In this document: positions 9,044 to 15,818 of the stretch, piece after piece | Numbering within the stretch: position 1 is the first letter of the stretch | Layout of the letters: every line of letters starts with the position of its first letter | Virus record (IMG/VR): IMGVR_UViG_3300005937_000013 | Reading direction: 5' to 3' (one strand) | Length of the DNA: 20,000 nucleotides | From: an uncultured virus (IMG/VR IMGVR_UViG_3300005937_000013) | Taxonomy: Duplodnaviria > Heunggongvirae > Uroviricota > Caudoviricetes | Notes under the pieces: model-generated | Told to the model about the DNA's origin: nothing | The model's database searches: none | Seen by the model: the letters and a program-made list of their open reading frames with translations, nothing else | Made by a program: the position numbers and the translations under genes

Positions 9044-9370
9044 ATGGCCGTTGAGTACCGCTACCAGGAGTGCCGCGAGTGGAACCACCTGTGGCACCGG
9101 GTCCCTGACACAATGGACTGGCACCCGAACCGGGTGTTCTACTTCAGACGGGTGAGCCAGTGCTCGGAGTGTCTGACCATCCGGATCCACCTGCTGGACG
9201 CCTACGGCTACCCGCAGGGGCTCTACTACAAGCACCCCCACGACTGGAAGTGGCCCGGTGACCACGCTCCCAGCAAGGCGGAGCTCCGCAAGATGACCAT
9301 CGACGCGAGTATGAAGGAGGCTCGTGATGCCCGGAGAACCCGAGCAAGAAAGACCGCAAAGAAGTCCTAA
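9044..9370 (+). CDS. Hypothetical zinc-binding protein, basic tail
   Basis: AGGAG SD; CREWNH and CSEC motifs. Confidence 0.8.
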   Translation: MAVEYRYQECREWNHLWHRVPDTMDWHPNRVFYFRRVSQCSECLTIRIHLLDAYGYPQGLYYKHPHDWKWPGDHAPSKAELRKMTIDASMKEARDARRTRARKTAKKS

Positions 9371-9719
9371 GCCGCCGGGCTCCATGCGTGAGGCGGGGAT
9401 CATCAACCGGTACCTCAAGGCGGTCGAGTCACAGCACGACCTCAGGGCCGGCGCGGCAAGCATCCAGACGCAGATCGACAGGATCAGTGACCGGCTTGCC
9501 CACAACACCCTCACCGGCGTCCAGCGGCTTGACCTCGTGGTCAGGCACCAGGTGCTCGTCCAGCAGCTCAGCGCCTACGATGCTGAGCTCGAGGAGGAGT
9601 TCGTCGCGATCGCGAAGGAGTGGGGCGAGAGGCGAGGTGCCACCTACGCCAGCTGGCGAACCATGGGTGTCTCACCCGACGTGCTCGAGCGAGCAGGAAT
9701 CAAGGAGAGCGGAACATGA
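9327..9719 (+). CDS. Helical protein resembling a conserved Acidimicrobiia hypothetical family
   Basis: AAGGAGG SD; RYLKAV...LEEEFVAIAKEWGERRGATYASWRTMGVSPDVLERAGI (family recalled, not searched). Confidence 0.7.
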   Translation: MPGEPEQERPQRSPKPPGSMREAGIINRYLKAVESQHDLRAGAASIQTQIDRISDRLAHNTLTGVQRLDLVVRHQVLVQQLSAYDAELEEEFVAIAKEWGERRGATYASWRTMGVSPDVLERAGIKESGT

Positions 9720-10075
9720 CTGACGACTTTGCCACCACTGAGGAGATCGACCAGGGCGTACCGGATCTACCCCGCCCACTGGTGTTCCTCGTGGAGGAGC
9801 AGATCTGTGTCGGCAACCTCCAGGACTACGCCAACGCCGAGAAGCAGGGCCACTACGCCGGGCTCGACGTCAAGGGACCGTGGCAGGTGTTCGTGAACTG
9901 GGAACGGAACATCCTCAACCGCGATACCGGCGAGCACTATGACGTGGGCATCCCCATCCTTCGGCGCCGTGAGCCCACCGTGCGGGGTCAGGACAACCTG
10001 GAGCTCGACTTCCGAACAGTGTGGATGGAGCTGGACGGGGAGACAGCTACGTACCAGCTCGACCTCCGTGCATGA
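9716..10075 (+). CDS. Hypothetical protein
   Basis: AAGGAG SD; ATGA overlap. Confidence 0.8.
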   Translation: MTDDFATTEEIDQGVPDLPRPLVFLVEEQICVGNLQDYANAEKQGHYAGLDVKGPWQVFVNWERNILNRDTGEHYDVGIPILRRREPTVRGQDNLELDFRTVWMELDGETATYQLDLRA

Positions 10076-10323
10076 CCCGGGCGTCAGATCCATACGAGCG
10101 TAAGATCGCCAAGGATACCGTCGTCTTTCCGTACTACGAGATCACCGAGCTCCTCGCCCTGATCGACGGGGCTAGGATTGCGGCTGAGCTCGAGGACCAT
10201 CCGCTGTTCCTCGACGACATCGACTGGCAGCTCATCGCGAAGACGAGGCGGCGGCTCGACAACCGGGCCAGGGTGGTCGAGAAGCGGGTAGAGCAACACC
10301 TAGCGAGGAAGCGAGATACATAG
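10072..10323 (+). CDS. Hypothetical protein
   Basis: ATGA overlap. Confidence 0.75.
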   Translation: MTRASDPYERKIAKDTVVFPYYEITELLALIDGARIAAELEDHPLFLDDIDWQLIAKTRRRLDNRARVVEKRVEQHLARKRDT

Positions 10324-10610
10324 TGCGATTTGACTGGGGTGACCGGTGGCGAGCGATGCGGACGCGGTGGCGTCAGGACGCCGAACAACGGAGACGATCA
10401 ATGGGTGAGAACGAACTGAGGTTGACGCAGTGCGTGTGCTACAGGGTGATGACCTGTCACTACTGCCACGAGCAGCTAGTAGAGGACGAGCTGAACGTGA
10501 GCGACGACCAGGCCTGGGCGGACTACGTTCTCCATGGTCCGGTCATCGACCTACACATCCTCGCCCACGCCTACTGTGCGGAGGGCCAGGACGAGGTGGA
10601 GAGGGCTTAG
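10323..10610 (+). CDS. Hypothetical Cys/His protein (start may be 10401)
   Basis: CHYC and HAYC motifs; GGAG before ATG10401. Confidence 0.65.
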   Translation: MRFDWGDRWRAMRTRWRQDAEQRRRSMGENELRLTQCVCYRVMTCHYCHEQLVEDELNVSDDQAWADYVLHGPVIDLHILAHAYCAEGQDEVERA

Positions 10611-10636
10611 CTCACCGCCCCACCACCTGCTACCAT
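10608..10636 (+). promoter_or_regulatory. Conserved phage promoter TAGCTC-17-TACCAT
   Basis: Repeated element; motif copy 10648-10659. Confidence 0.7.
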
Positions 10637-10667
10637 GAGTGTGAGCCAAGAGAGAGGAGCAAGCGAG

Positions 10668-10997
10668 ATGTCCATGAACGATCCTGCTGAGCTCGTTGAG
10701 TCTGAGCTCGGCCCCATCCTGTCCATCGTGCGGGACCGGCTCGTCACCGAGCAGCTGCCCATGTACCGGACCACCGCGGTTGACCCGGTGGCCGGCGAGA
10801 TGTGGTCAGTCGTCTTCGAGAGGACCGACCCCGAGATCGACTGGGAGGGTACGCTCACCCAGGAGGAGGCCGTCCGTCTCCTCCTGCACAAGGTCGGCCA
10901 CCTGACCGACCTCATCGACCAGCTGGGCCGTCTCGAGGCCCAGACCCACGCCCTGCTACACACGCTGGTGGGGCACGAGCACGGGAACGGTGAGTGA
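10668..10997 (+). CDS. Hypothetical protein
   Basis: ATG 8 nt after motif. Confidence 0.8.
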   Translation: MSMNDPAELVESELGPILSIVRDRLVTEQLPMYRTTAVDPVAGEMWSVVFERTDPEIDWEGTLTQEEAVRLLLHKVGHLTDLIDQLGRLEAQTHALLHTLVGHEHGNGE

Positions 10998-11143
10998 TGT
11001 TCCCCTGCCGAGTTCTGTGGTGGACCGTGATGCTGTACTGGGATGACATCGTGATCGTGTGGGTGTGTGAGCACGGCAACGCCCACATGCTCGACTTTGG
11101 TGTCGGGCAGGCAAGGGAGATCTTCCGTGGTGGGTCCACGTAA
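10997..11143 (+). CDS. 48-aa hypothetical protein (not in ORF track)
   Basis: TGATG coupling; fills gap. Confidence 0.45.
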   Translation: MFPCRVLWWTVMLYWDDIVIVWVCEHGNAHMLDFGVGQAREIFRGGST

Positions 11144-11375
11144 GGTTCGGATCGACGAGGAGGTCATCAACGGTGACATCACGGTCACCGAGGTGATCAT
11201 GCGGAAGTCGAACATGAAGCGCCCCGACCTGCTCTGGTACGAGCTCTGGGTCAAGATCAGGGGTCACCGAGAGGAGATCCGACTCGCGATCTTCATGCGT
11301 CCCAGCGACCTGAAGATCAACGCGAGAAGGATCAGCACCAACCACGACGTACCCATCCGGAGTTTCCTCCCGTGA
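11127..11375 (+). CDS. Hypothetical beta-rich protein
   Basis: GGGAG SD; 3' part of ORF 11067..11375. Confidence 0.7.
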   Translation: MVGPRKVRIDEEVINGDITVTEVIMRKSNMKRPDLLWYELWVKIRGHREEIRLAIFMRPSDLKINARRISTNHDVPIRSFLP

Positions 11376-11392
11376 GGGGCTGGTGCTACACT
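11364..11392 (+). promoter_or_regulatory. Putative promoter TTCCTC-17-TACACT (TGn extended -10) for the structured RNA
   Basis: Same spacing and position relative to motif variant 11402-11413 as the other promoters. Confidence 0.6.
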
Positions 11393-11414
11393 GGGTGCCA
11401 CAAGAGGGAGGAGC

Positions 11415-11531
11415 GAGTCGGTGTGAGCCTCCCGGGGTTGGTCGTATGTTCGTGTGAGCCACGAACGGCGCGGTCTGGAGTCTCCTCTCTCTTCCGTGCC
11501 GCGGCCAACTCCGGCAGCCTCATACCGACTC
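11415..11531 (+). ncRNA. Putative novel structured RNA: ~30-bp basal helix plus two hairpins, loop antisense to the repeated RBS motif
   Basis: Stems 11415-27/11519-31, 11432-44/11502-14, 11448-54/11460-66, 11467-73/11494-500; non-WC pairs in stems are G-U; loop contains CTCCTCTCTCTT (11482-11493). Confidence 0.7.
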
Positions 11532-11553
11532 ACCCAAGAGAGAGGAGAACCAC

Positions 11554-11775
11554 GTGACGTTTACCGTCATCGTATCCGAGCACAAGTACGAGGACATGAC
11601 CGACGACCAGATCGCCGAGTTCGGGCTTGTGGACTCCAACGCGAGCCCGTCGGGGTTTCTACGGATCAGCCACGTCGTAGGTCCCAAGAACCACCGGATC
11701 GGTCGGGTCGATCCCATGGAGAACTTCGGGACGATCTCGGGTGTTCGCATCACCTGGGTCGAGGAAGGTCACTAG
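11554..11775 (+). CDS. Small hypothetical protein
   Basis: GTG 6 nt after motif copy 11536-11547. Confidence 0.75.
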   Translation: MTFTVIVSEHKYEDMTDDQIAEFGLVDSNASPSGFLRISHVVGPKNHRIGRVDPMENFGTISGVRITWVEEGH

Positions 11776-11801
11776 CACTCCGTTCTGCCAGGTGGTAGGC
11801 T
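11773..11801 (+). promoter_or_regulatory. Conserved phage promoter TAGCAC-17-TAGGCT
   Basis: Repeated element; motif copy 11812-11823. Confidence 0.7.
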
Positions 11802-11831
11802 GGAGTCACACAAGAGAGAGGAGCGGTTGTA

Positions 11832-12593
11832 ATGCCCGACGAGAACAACGGGGTGGACGAGTCCATCCTCGAGAAGATCCAGAAGGTCCTGAACCTCGCC
11901 GAGAAGGCGGGAACCCAGGGCGAGGCCGAGGCAGCGTACGCGAGAGCCACGGCGCTCATGACCAAGTACGCGGTCGACCAGGTCATGCTCGATGCCCTGG
12001 GCGAGGGTGGCAAGAGAGACGAGATCACCGCGATGGCGATGCCCTACGGGTCCACCTACTGGCAGGCGACACGGTATGTTCTGATCGAGCTAGGGTTAGC
12101 CCTCGGTCTCCAGCCGGCAGTGAGTGACTACTACGACAGGAAGAACGGTCACCTGGACTGGTGGGGCTGGAAGTCCGAGCTCAAGACTGCCGAGCTGATG
12201 TGGGCGAGTCTCGAGATCCAGATGATGCAGGCGGCCGGCGTTCACATGCGGGTGGCATCCAGGGTCACTGACCGCGAGGAGCGGTTCAAGGAGAAGCGGT
12301 CGTTCATCATCGGCTTTGGCCAGGCGGTGGCCAGGCGAGTTCGTCAGGAACGCCTCGAGGCACGGATCAAGGAGAGCCAGGCACGGGGGAGCTCAGGTCT
12401 CCTGCCCGCCCTGGTGAGCCGGGACGACCAGTTCCGTGAGTTCATCGACCAGAGGTTCCGAAAGGGGAAGGATCTTCGACCCCCCAAGATCCACGAGGAC
12501 GGTTACCTTGGCGGCCAGCGGGCAGGCCAGACAGCGGACCTCAACGCACCGGGGGGACGTGTCGGTGGCCGACGAGAGGAGTTGGAACGGTGA
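11832..12593 (+). CDS. DUF2786-domain protein
   Basis: ILEKIQKVLNLAEKAGTQGEAEAAYARATALMTKY N-terminus; RSFIIGF and GQRAGQTADL C-terminal motifs. Confidence 0.85.
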   Translation: MPDENNGVDESILEKIQKVLNLAEKAGTQGEAEAAYARATALMTKYAVDQVMLDALGEGGKRDEITAMAMPYGSTYWQATRYVLIELGLALGLQPAVSDYYDRKNGHLDWWGWKSELKTAELMWASLEIQMMQAAGVHMRVASRVTDREERFKEKRSFIIGFGQAVARRVRQERLEARIKESQARGSSGLLPALVSRDDQFREFIDQRFRKGKDLRPPKIHEDGYLGGQRAGQTADLNAPGGRVGGRREELER

Positions 12594-12632
12594 CAACCAC
12601 CCGAGACATACCGTTGGGGGTAGTCTCCACCC

Positions 12633-12917
12633 ATGCCCTTGCCACCGTGGGTCGCAGACGTAGCGACGACCATCACCGACGTCAAGAACCTGGTCCTGCT
12701 CGAGGGGAGCATCAGGGGCGAGCAGGTGCTCATCCTCGCCAGGCTCAGCACGCTCGAGATCGAGGAGAGGATGGAGCTGAAGCTCGTGGCCCTCATCCTC
12801 GATGCCGACATGATGAAGGAGGTAGACATCGATCCCGAGGAGACAACCGTGTACTCACTGGAGGCACTTGTCGATGACAGAGACTCCGTGGTGGCGGCGG
12901 CTCCTCACCCCACCTGA
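12633..12917 (+). CDS. Hypothetical protein
   Basis: High-GC3 frame; start uncertain. Confidence 0.65.
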   Translation: MPLPPWVADVATTITDVKNLVLLEGSIRGEQVLILARLSTLEIEERMELKLVALILDADMMKEVDIDPEETTVYSLEALVDDRDSVVAAAPHPT

Positions 12918-13056
12918 GGCACGTGGCGCAGTGACGGATCCTAACGGTGACGAGCTGCGTACACAGGTCCCCCTGGAGGACGGCGGCTTGGCGGTTGCAC
13001 GGCCCTCCGGGGGGACCCCATCCCCCCGACATCTACAGAAACGGAGACAGAGGCGT

Positions 13057-13299
13057 ATGAATGAGGGAAGCGTGTTGATCAGCCTCGAGCTGCGAGCTGA
13101 TCCTGACGTGATGGCCCACATCGCGCACATCACGGAGGCCGCGCTGGCGGCGGACGCCACCATCACCGAGATCCGAAAGGCACCCACCGTGATGGGTGAG
13201 CTCGAGCGGGGCAACATGAAGGCGTTTGCCGAGGCCATCAAGAAGGACAACTCGGACGAGACTCCCGCTGTGGGTCGTCGTGGTCGTGGCAGTGGTTAG
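13057..13299 (+). CDS. Hypothetical protein (start may be 12931)
   Basis: GGAG/GAGG upstream of ATG13057. Confidence 0.65.
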   Translation: MNEGSVLISLELRADPDVMAHIAHITEAALAADATITEIRKAPTVMGELERGNMKAFAEAIKKDNSDETPAVGRRGRGSG

Positions 13300-13513
13300 C
13301 CAGGGGTGGGAGTACCGTGGTCCGCGTAGGTGGGTGGAGGGGATCCCGTTCGGGTCCTGGATGGAGTCCGGTGAGCACTACACCCAGCCCGTCGGATCCA
13401 AGCCCTTCCACGAGGACGACGTCATCCTCATCCCCGAGGACAAGTGTCACGAGACCACGCTGGAACACCTCCGACGGCTCCGGAGACGACTCCGGGAGGT
13501 CAAGCGAGGGTGA
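13292..13513 (+). CDS. Small hypothetical protein
   Basis: 3' part of ORF 13226..13513; codon usage. Confidence 0.6.
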   Translation: MVSQGWEYRGPRRWVEGIPFGSWMESGEHYTQPVGSKPFHEDDVILIPEDKCHETTLEHLRRLRRRLREVKRG

Positions 13514-13603
13514 CCAGCGGACCCTGCGGTTGTGGTGGTGGGTGACCGTGCTTACCATCGCAACCCGGGTCGATCTCTGGTTCCTACTTGGGTGGTGGCC
13601 CCT

Positions 13604-14035
13604 ATGAGAGACGGGTTCATGTTCGATCCCCAGAAACACGCGAAGCAGGAGGATCTCGACCGGGTCACCAAGGTCTTCACCGAGGTCTTGATGGAGCGGG
13701 TGCGACAGGCGGACAAGTTTGGTGCCGACGAGGATCATCCCAGTCTCGACCCCACGCTCACGTGGGGTCTGACCAAGGGCGAGATGAACACCGAGGTCAC
13801 CATCAGCCGAGCAGCCCAACGGTACGAGATCCCCACTGCTAAGCGGGCCCAGGATCTACGAAACCGAAGTAGCAAGGCTCACCTGTCCTGGCCCACCATC
13901 GTCGTGGAGGAGCTGGCAGAGTCAGTGGAGGCTGCCGTACGGTGGGGTGATGGTCCCCTGTTACGGGCGGAGATCATCCAGACGATAGCTACGTGTTTCG
14001 CCTGGGTGGAGAACATAGACCGCAGAAGCGGGTAA
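13604..14035 (+). CDS. MazG-like all-alpha NTP pyrophosphohydrolase
   Basis: ERVRQADKFG..HP, WPTIVVEELAESVEA, LRAEIIQTIATCFAWVENIDRR. Confidence 0.7.
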   Translation: MRDGFMFDPQKHAKQEDLDRVTKVFTEVLMERVRQADKFGADEDHPSLDPTLTWGLTKGEMNTEVTISRAAQRYEIPTAKRAQDLRNRSSKAHLSWPTIVVEELAESVEAAVRWGDGPLLRAEIIQTIATCFAWVENIDRRSG

Positions 14036-14036
14036 C

Positions 14037-14062
14037 GACAACCAAAGGAGAGACATCCGATG
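14037..14062 (+). repeat. 26-nt leader repeat, copy 2
   Basis: GACAACCAAAGGAGAGACATCCGATG. Confidence 0.85.
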
Positions 14063-14299
14063 CAGAAGATCCTCGTGATCGAGGTTCCAAGCGAACACGC
14101 TGCTGAGCGGCTGGAAGCCTCGGCAGCTGCTGCACTCCGCGACGCCCAGTCCATGGGCATCGTCACCAGCTGGTCGTGGCGGGACGAGGAGGCCACGGAC
14201 AACGGCCAGGCCAGGGAGATCCGTCCCCTGGTCGCCAACGCCGTTGACCGGGCCGCCGAGGCTCTCCACAACGCCGCCGAGGCACTCCGCGGGGAGTGA
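14060..14299 (+). CDS. Small hypothetical protein
   Basis: AAAGGAG SD within a 26-nt repeat. Confidence 0.75.
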   Translation: MQKILVIEVPSEHAAERLEASAAAALRDAQSMGIVTSWSWRDEEATDNGQAREIRPLVANAVDRAAEALHNAAEALRGE

Positions 14300-14580
14300 T
14301 GAGGTTTCGCCTTCTGGCGGGACTCGTGGCGGTGGGGGTCATCATCATGACCCTCACCGCCAGCGCGTCCTGCGACGAGAAGGGACTGGGGGACGCTCCT
14401 GTCGGGGAGCAACACGAGGTCGAACGACAGGTCTGGCTAGCGCCTGACCAGTTTCCCAACATCTCGGCGTGGTGCATCGGCAAGGATGGCATCTACGTCA
14501 GTACGCGGCCACACTACGAGGTGGTCCCCAACGATCCCAACTGTGCTGAGGGCGGGATCCTGAGAGGAAGCGGTGAGTGA
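14296..14580 (+). CDS. Small secreted protein or lipoprotein
   Basis: Signal peptide ending ASAS-C; two further Cys. Confidence 0.75.
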   Translation: MMRFRLLAGLVAVGVIIMTLTASASCDEKGLGDAPVGEQHEVERQVWLAPDQFPNISAWCIGKDGIYVSTRPHYEVVPNDPNCAEGGILRGSGE

Positions 14581-14926
14581 GGACAAGTCGCCGCTCCGGC
14601 TTGCGCGGGAGAGGGCTGGCCTCTCCCGCAAGGCCATAGCCGAGAAGCTCGGCACGACCGAGCATCACTACTGGCACTGCGAGATGCCGCCCTTCGACGG
14701 CCCAGCGGACGTTCTTCAGCGGGCCTGTGAGCTTCTAGGGGTGGCTACCTCACCCCAGGGGACCCCACGGAAGTCAGTGAGAGAGGCACCTAGGGAGCCT
14801 CAAACCTGGCGATGTCCCAAGTGTGGAGCCACCACCAAGCAACCAGCCTCCGCCAGTGAGGTCGGGCACTCCTGCTACAAGACGGGCAGTGCCCAGTACG
14901 TAAAGATGATCCTGGTGACCGAGTAG
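14573..14926 (+). CDS. XRE-family HTH protein with C-terminal zinc ribbon
   Basis: LRLARERAGLSRKAIAEKLGTT HTH; CPKC...HSC. Confidence 0.8.
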   Translation: MSEDKSPLRLARERAGLSRKAIAEKLGTTEHHYWHCEMPPFDGPADVLQRACELLGVATSPQGTPRKSVREAPREPQTWRCPKCGATTKQPASASEVGHSCYKTGSAQYVKMILVTE

Positions 14927-14969
14927 ACGGTCAGGCTAAGCTGGATGGGAACCAAGAGAGAGGAGCGAG

Positions 14970-15305
14970 ATGACTACATCATCGAGTCTTATTCGTGAGT
15001 ATGTGATAGAGCATCCTCGCCAGAAACTAACCATTCGTCAGATCTGGCGAGCACTACAGAACAATCCTGACAAGGTTCCGGTGACAGAAACACAAGTGAT
15101 GAATTGGTGTTCCGACCGGATGGCAACTCCTCGAGATATCGACGTTCCACTTCAACGGGTGGCTAAGGGAACATACCTTTACGATCCCGATGGACAACCT
15201 ACCAGCGGTGAACGTCGAGTATTCGAGGAGGTCGGGATGGACCGTGATGGACGAATTGTTCTCCAGTGTACCGATGGAGACTTCTACATCGCGAAGAAGA
15301 TCTAA
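14970..15305 (+). CDS. Hypothetical protein, possibly winged-helix; AT-richer codons
   Basis: ATG 4 nt after motif 14954-14965; LQRVAKGTYLY wing-like motif. Confidence 0.75.
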   Translation: MTTSSSLIREYVIEHPRQKLTIRQIWRALQNNPDKVPVTETQVMNWCSDRMATPRDIDVPLQRVAKGTYLYDPDGQPTSGERRVFEEVGMDRDGRIVLQCTDGDFYIAKKI

Positions 15306-15532
15306 TGCCCGCGGTAGTTTCCACCCTCACCGGGTTCAGCTACGAGGTCCAGTGCTCGATGCACCAGTGCCGGGTGTTCGGTCGGGTGACCGAGCTCGGT
15401 GCTGACCGCGGCAAGTGTCAAGACTCACGCAGCGACAGCTGCGCCTCGTGGTGGTACGTCGAGATCCACTACCGAGAGTTCCAGAAGCCAGGAGACGAAC
15501 ATGGGACAGATCACCCTCGACCCGCTGGGTGA
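15305..15532 (+). CDS. Small Cys-rich protein
   Basis: TAATG coupling; four Cys. Confidence 0.6.
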   Translation: MPAVVSTLTGFSYEVQCSMHQCRVFGRVTELGADRGKCQDSRSDSCASWWYVEIHYREFQKPGDEHGTDHPRPAG

Positions 15533-15818
15533 CAAGATCGCCACAGGCCGGTACGAGAAGGCGAAGGAGTACGCCCGCACCCTCTACCGGATCCACAACC
15601 TGCCCGTGGGGAGGGGACACCGTCGGTTCCGGATGGACCTGGTGCCCACGCACTACAACGACCTTGCCTCCCTCGCGACCCAGGAGTTCTGGGCGAAGGT
15701 CCGGGAGGCGACACCTAGGTACGCCAAGAAACCCGATGGGCTACCTAGCCAGGAGACGGTCGACGTCATCTGCGACCTCATCAGGTTTGTCGAAGAGTGC
15801 CGGCGTTCATCGGCGTGA
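15501..15818 (+). CDS. Hypothetical protein
   Basis: AGGAG SD. Confidence 0.75.
   Translation: MGQITLDPLGDKIATGRYEKAKEYARTLYRIHNLPVGRGHRRFRMDLVPTHYNDLASLATQEFWAKVREATPRYAKKPDGLPSQETVDVICDLIRFVEECRRSSA

Larger units (their letters stand above)
23..14965 (+). repeat. Dispersed start-associated motif AAGAGAGAGGAG
   Basis: Exact copies at 23, 1665, 2723, 5498, 10648, 11536, 11812, 14954; variants at 8541, 11402, 16091. Confidence 0.95.

Noticed and set aside
11415..11531. Structured element as tRNA, SRP, 6S RNA or a plain terminator
   Set aside because: No cloverleaf, T-loop or CCA; no SRP GGAA tetraloop domain; no 6S central bubble; branched with no U-tract. An Rfam search is still needed.
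11372..11557. 61-aa ORF spanning the structured RNA as an ordinary gene
   Set aside because: It crosses a promoter and two RBS motifs, has many rare codons and no protein features. GTGA overlaps at both ends mean it is not fully excluded.
14914..14942. Promoter of the TAGC class before gene 14970
   Set aside because: A -10-like TAAGCT is at the expected distance, but there is no matching -35 or TG extension.
23..14965. Repeated motif as a CRISPR array or integron attC sites
   Set aside because: Short, dispersed at kb scale, irregular spacing, not palindromic; no cas or integrase in the window.
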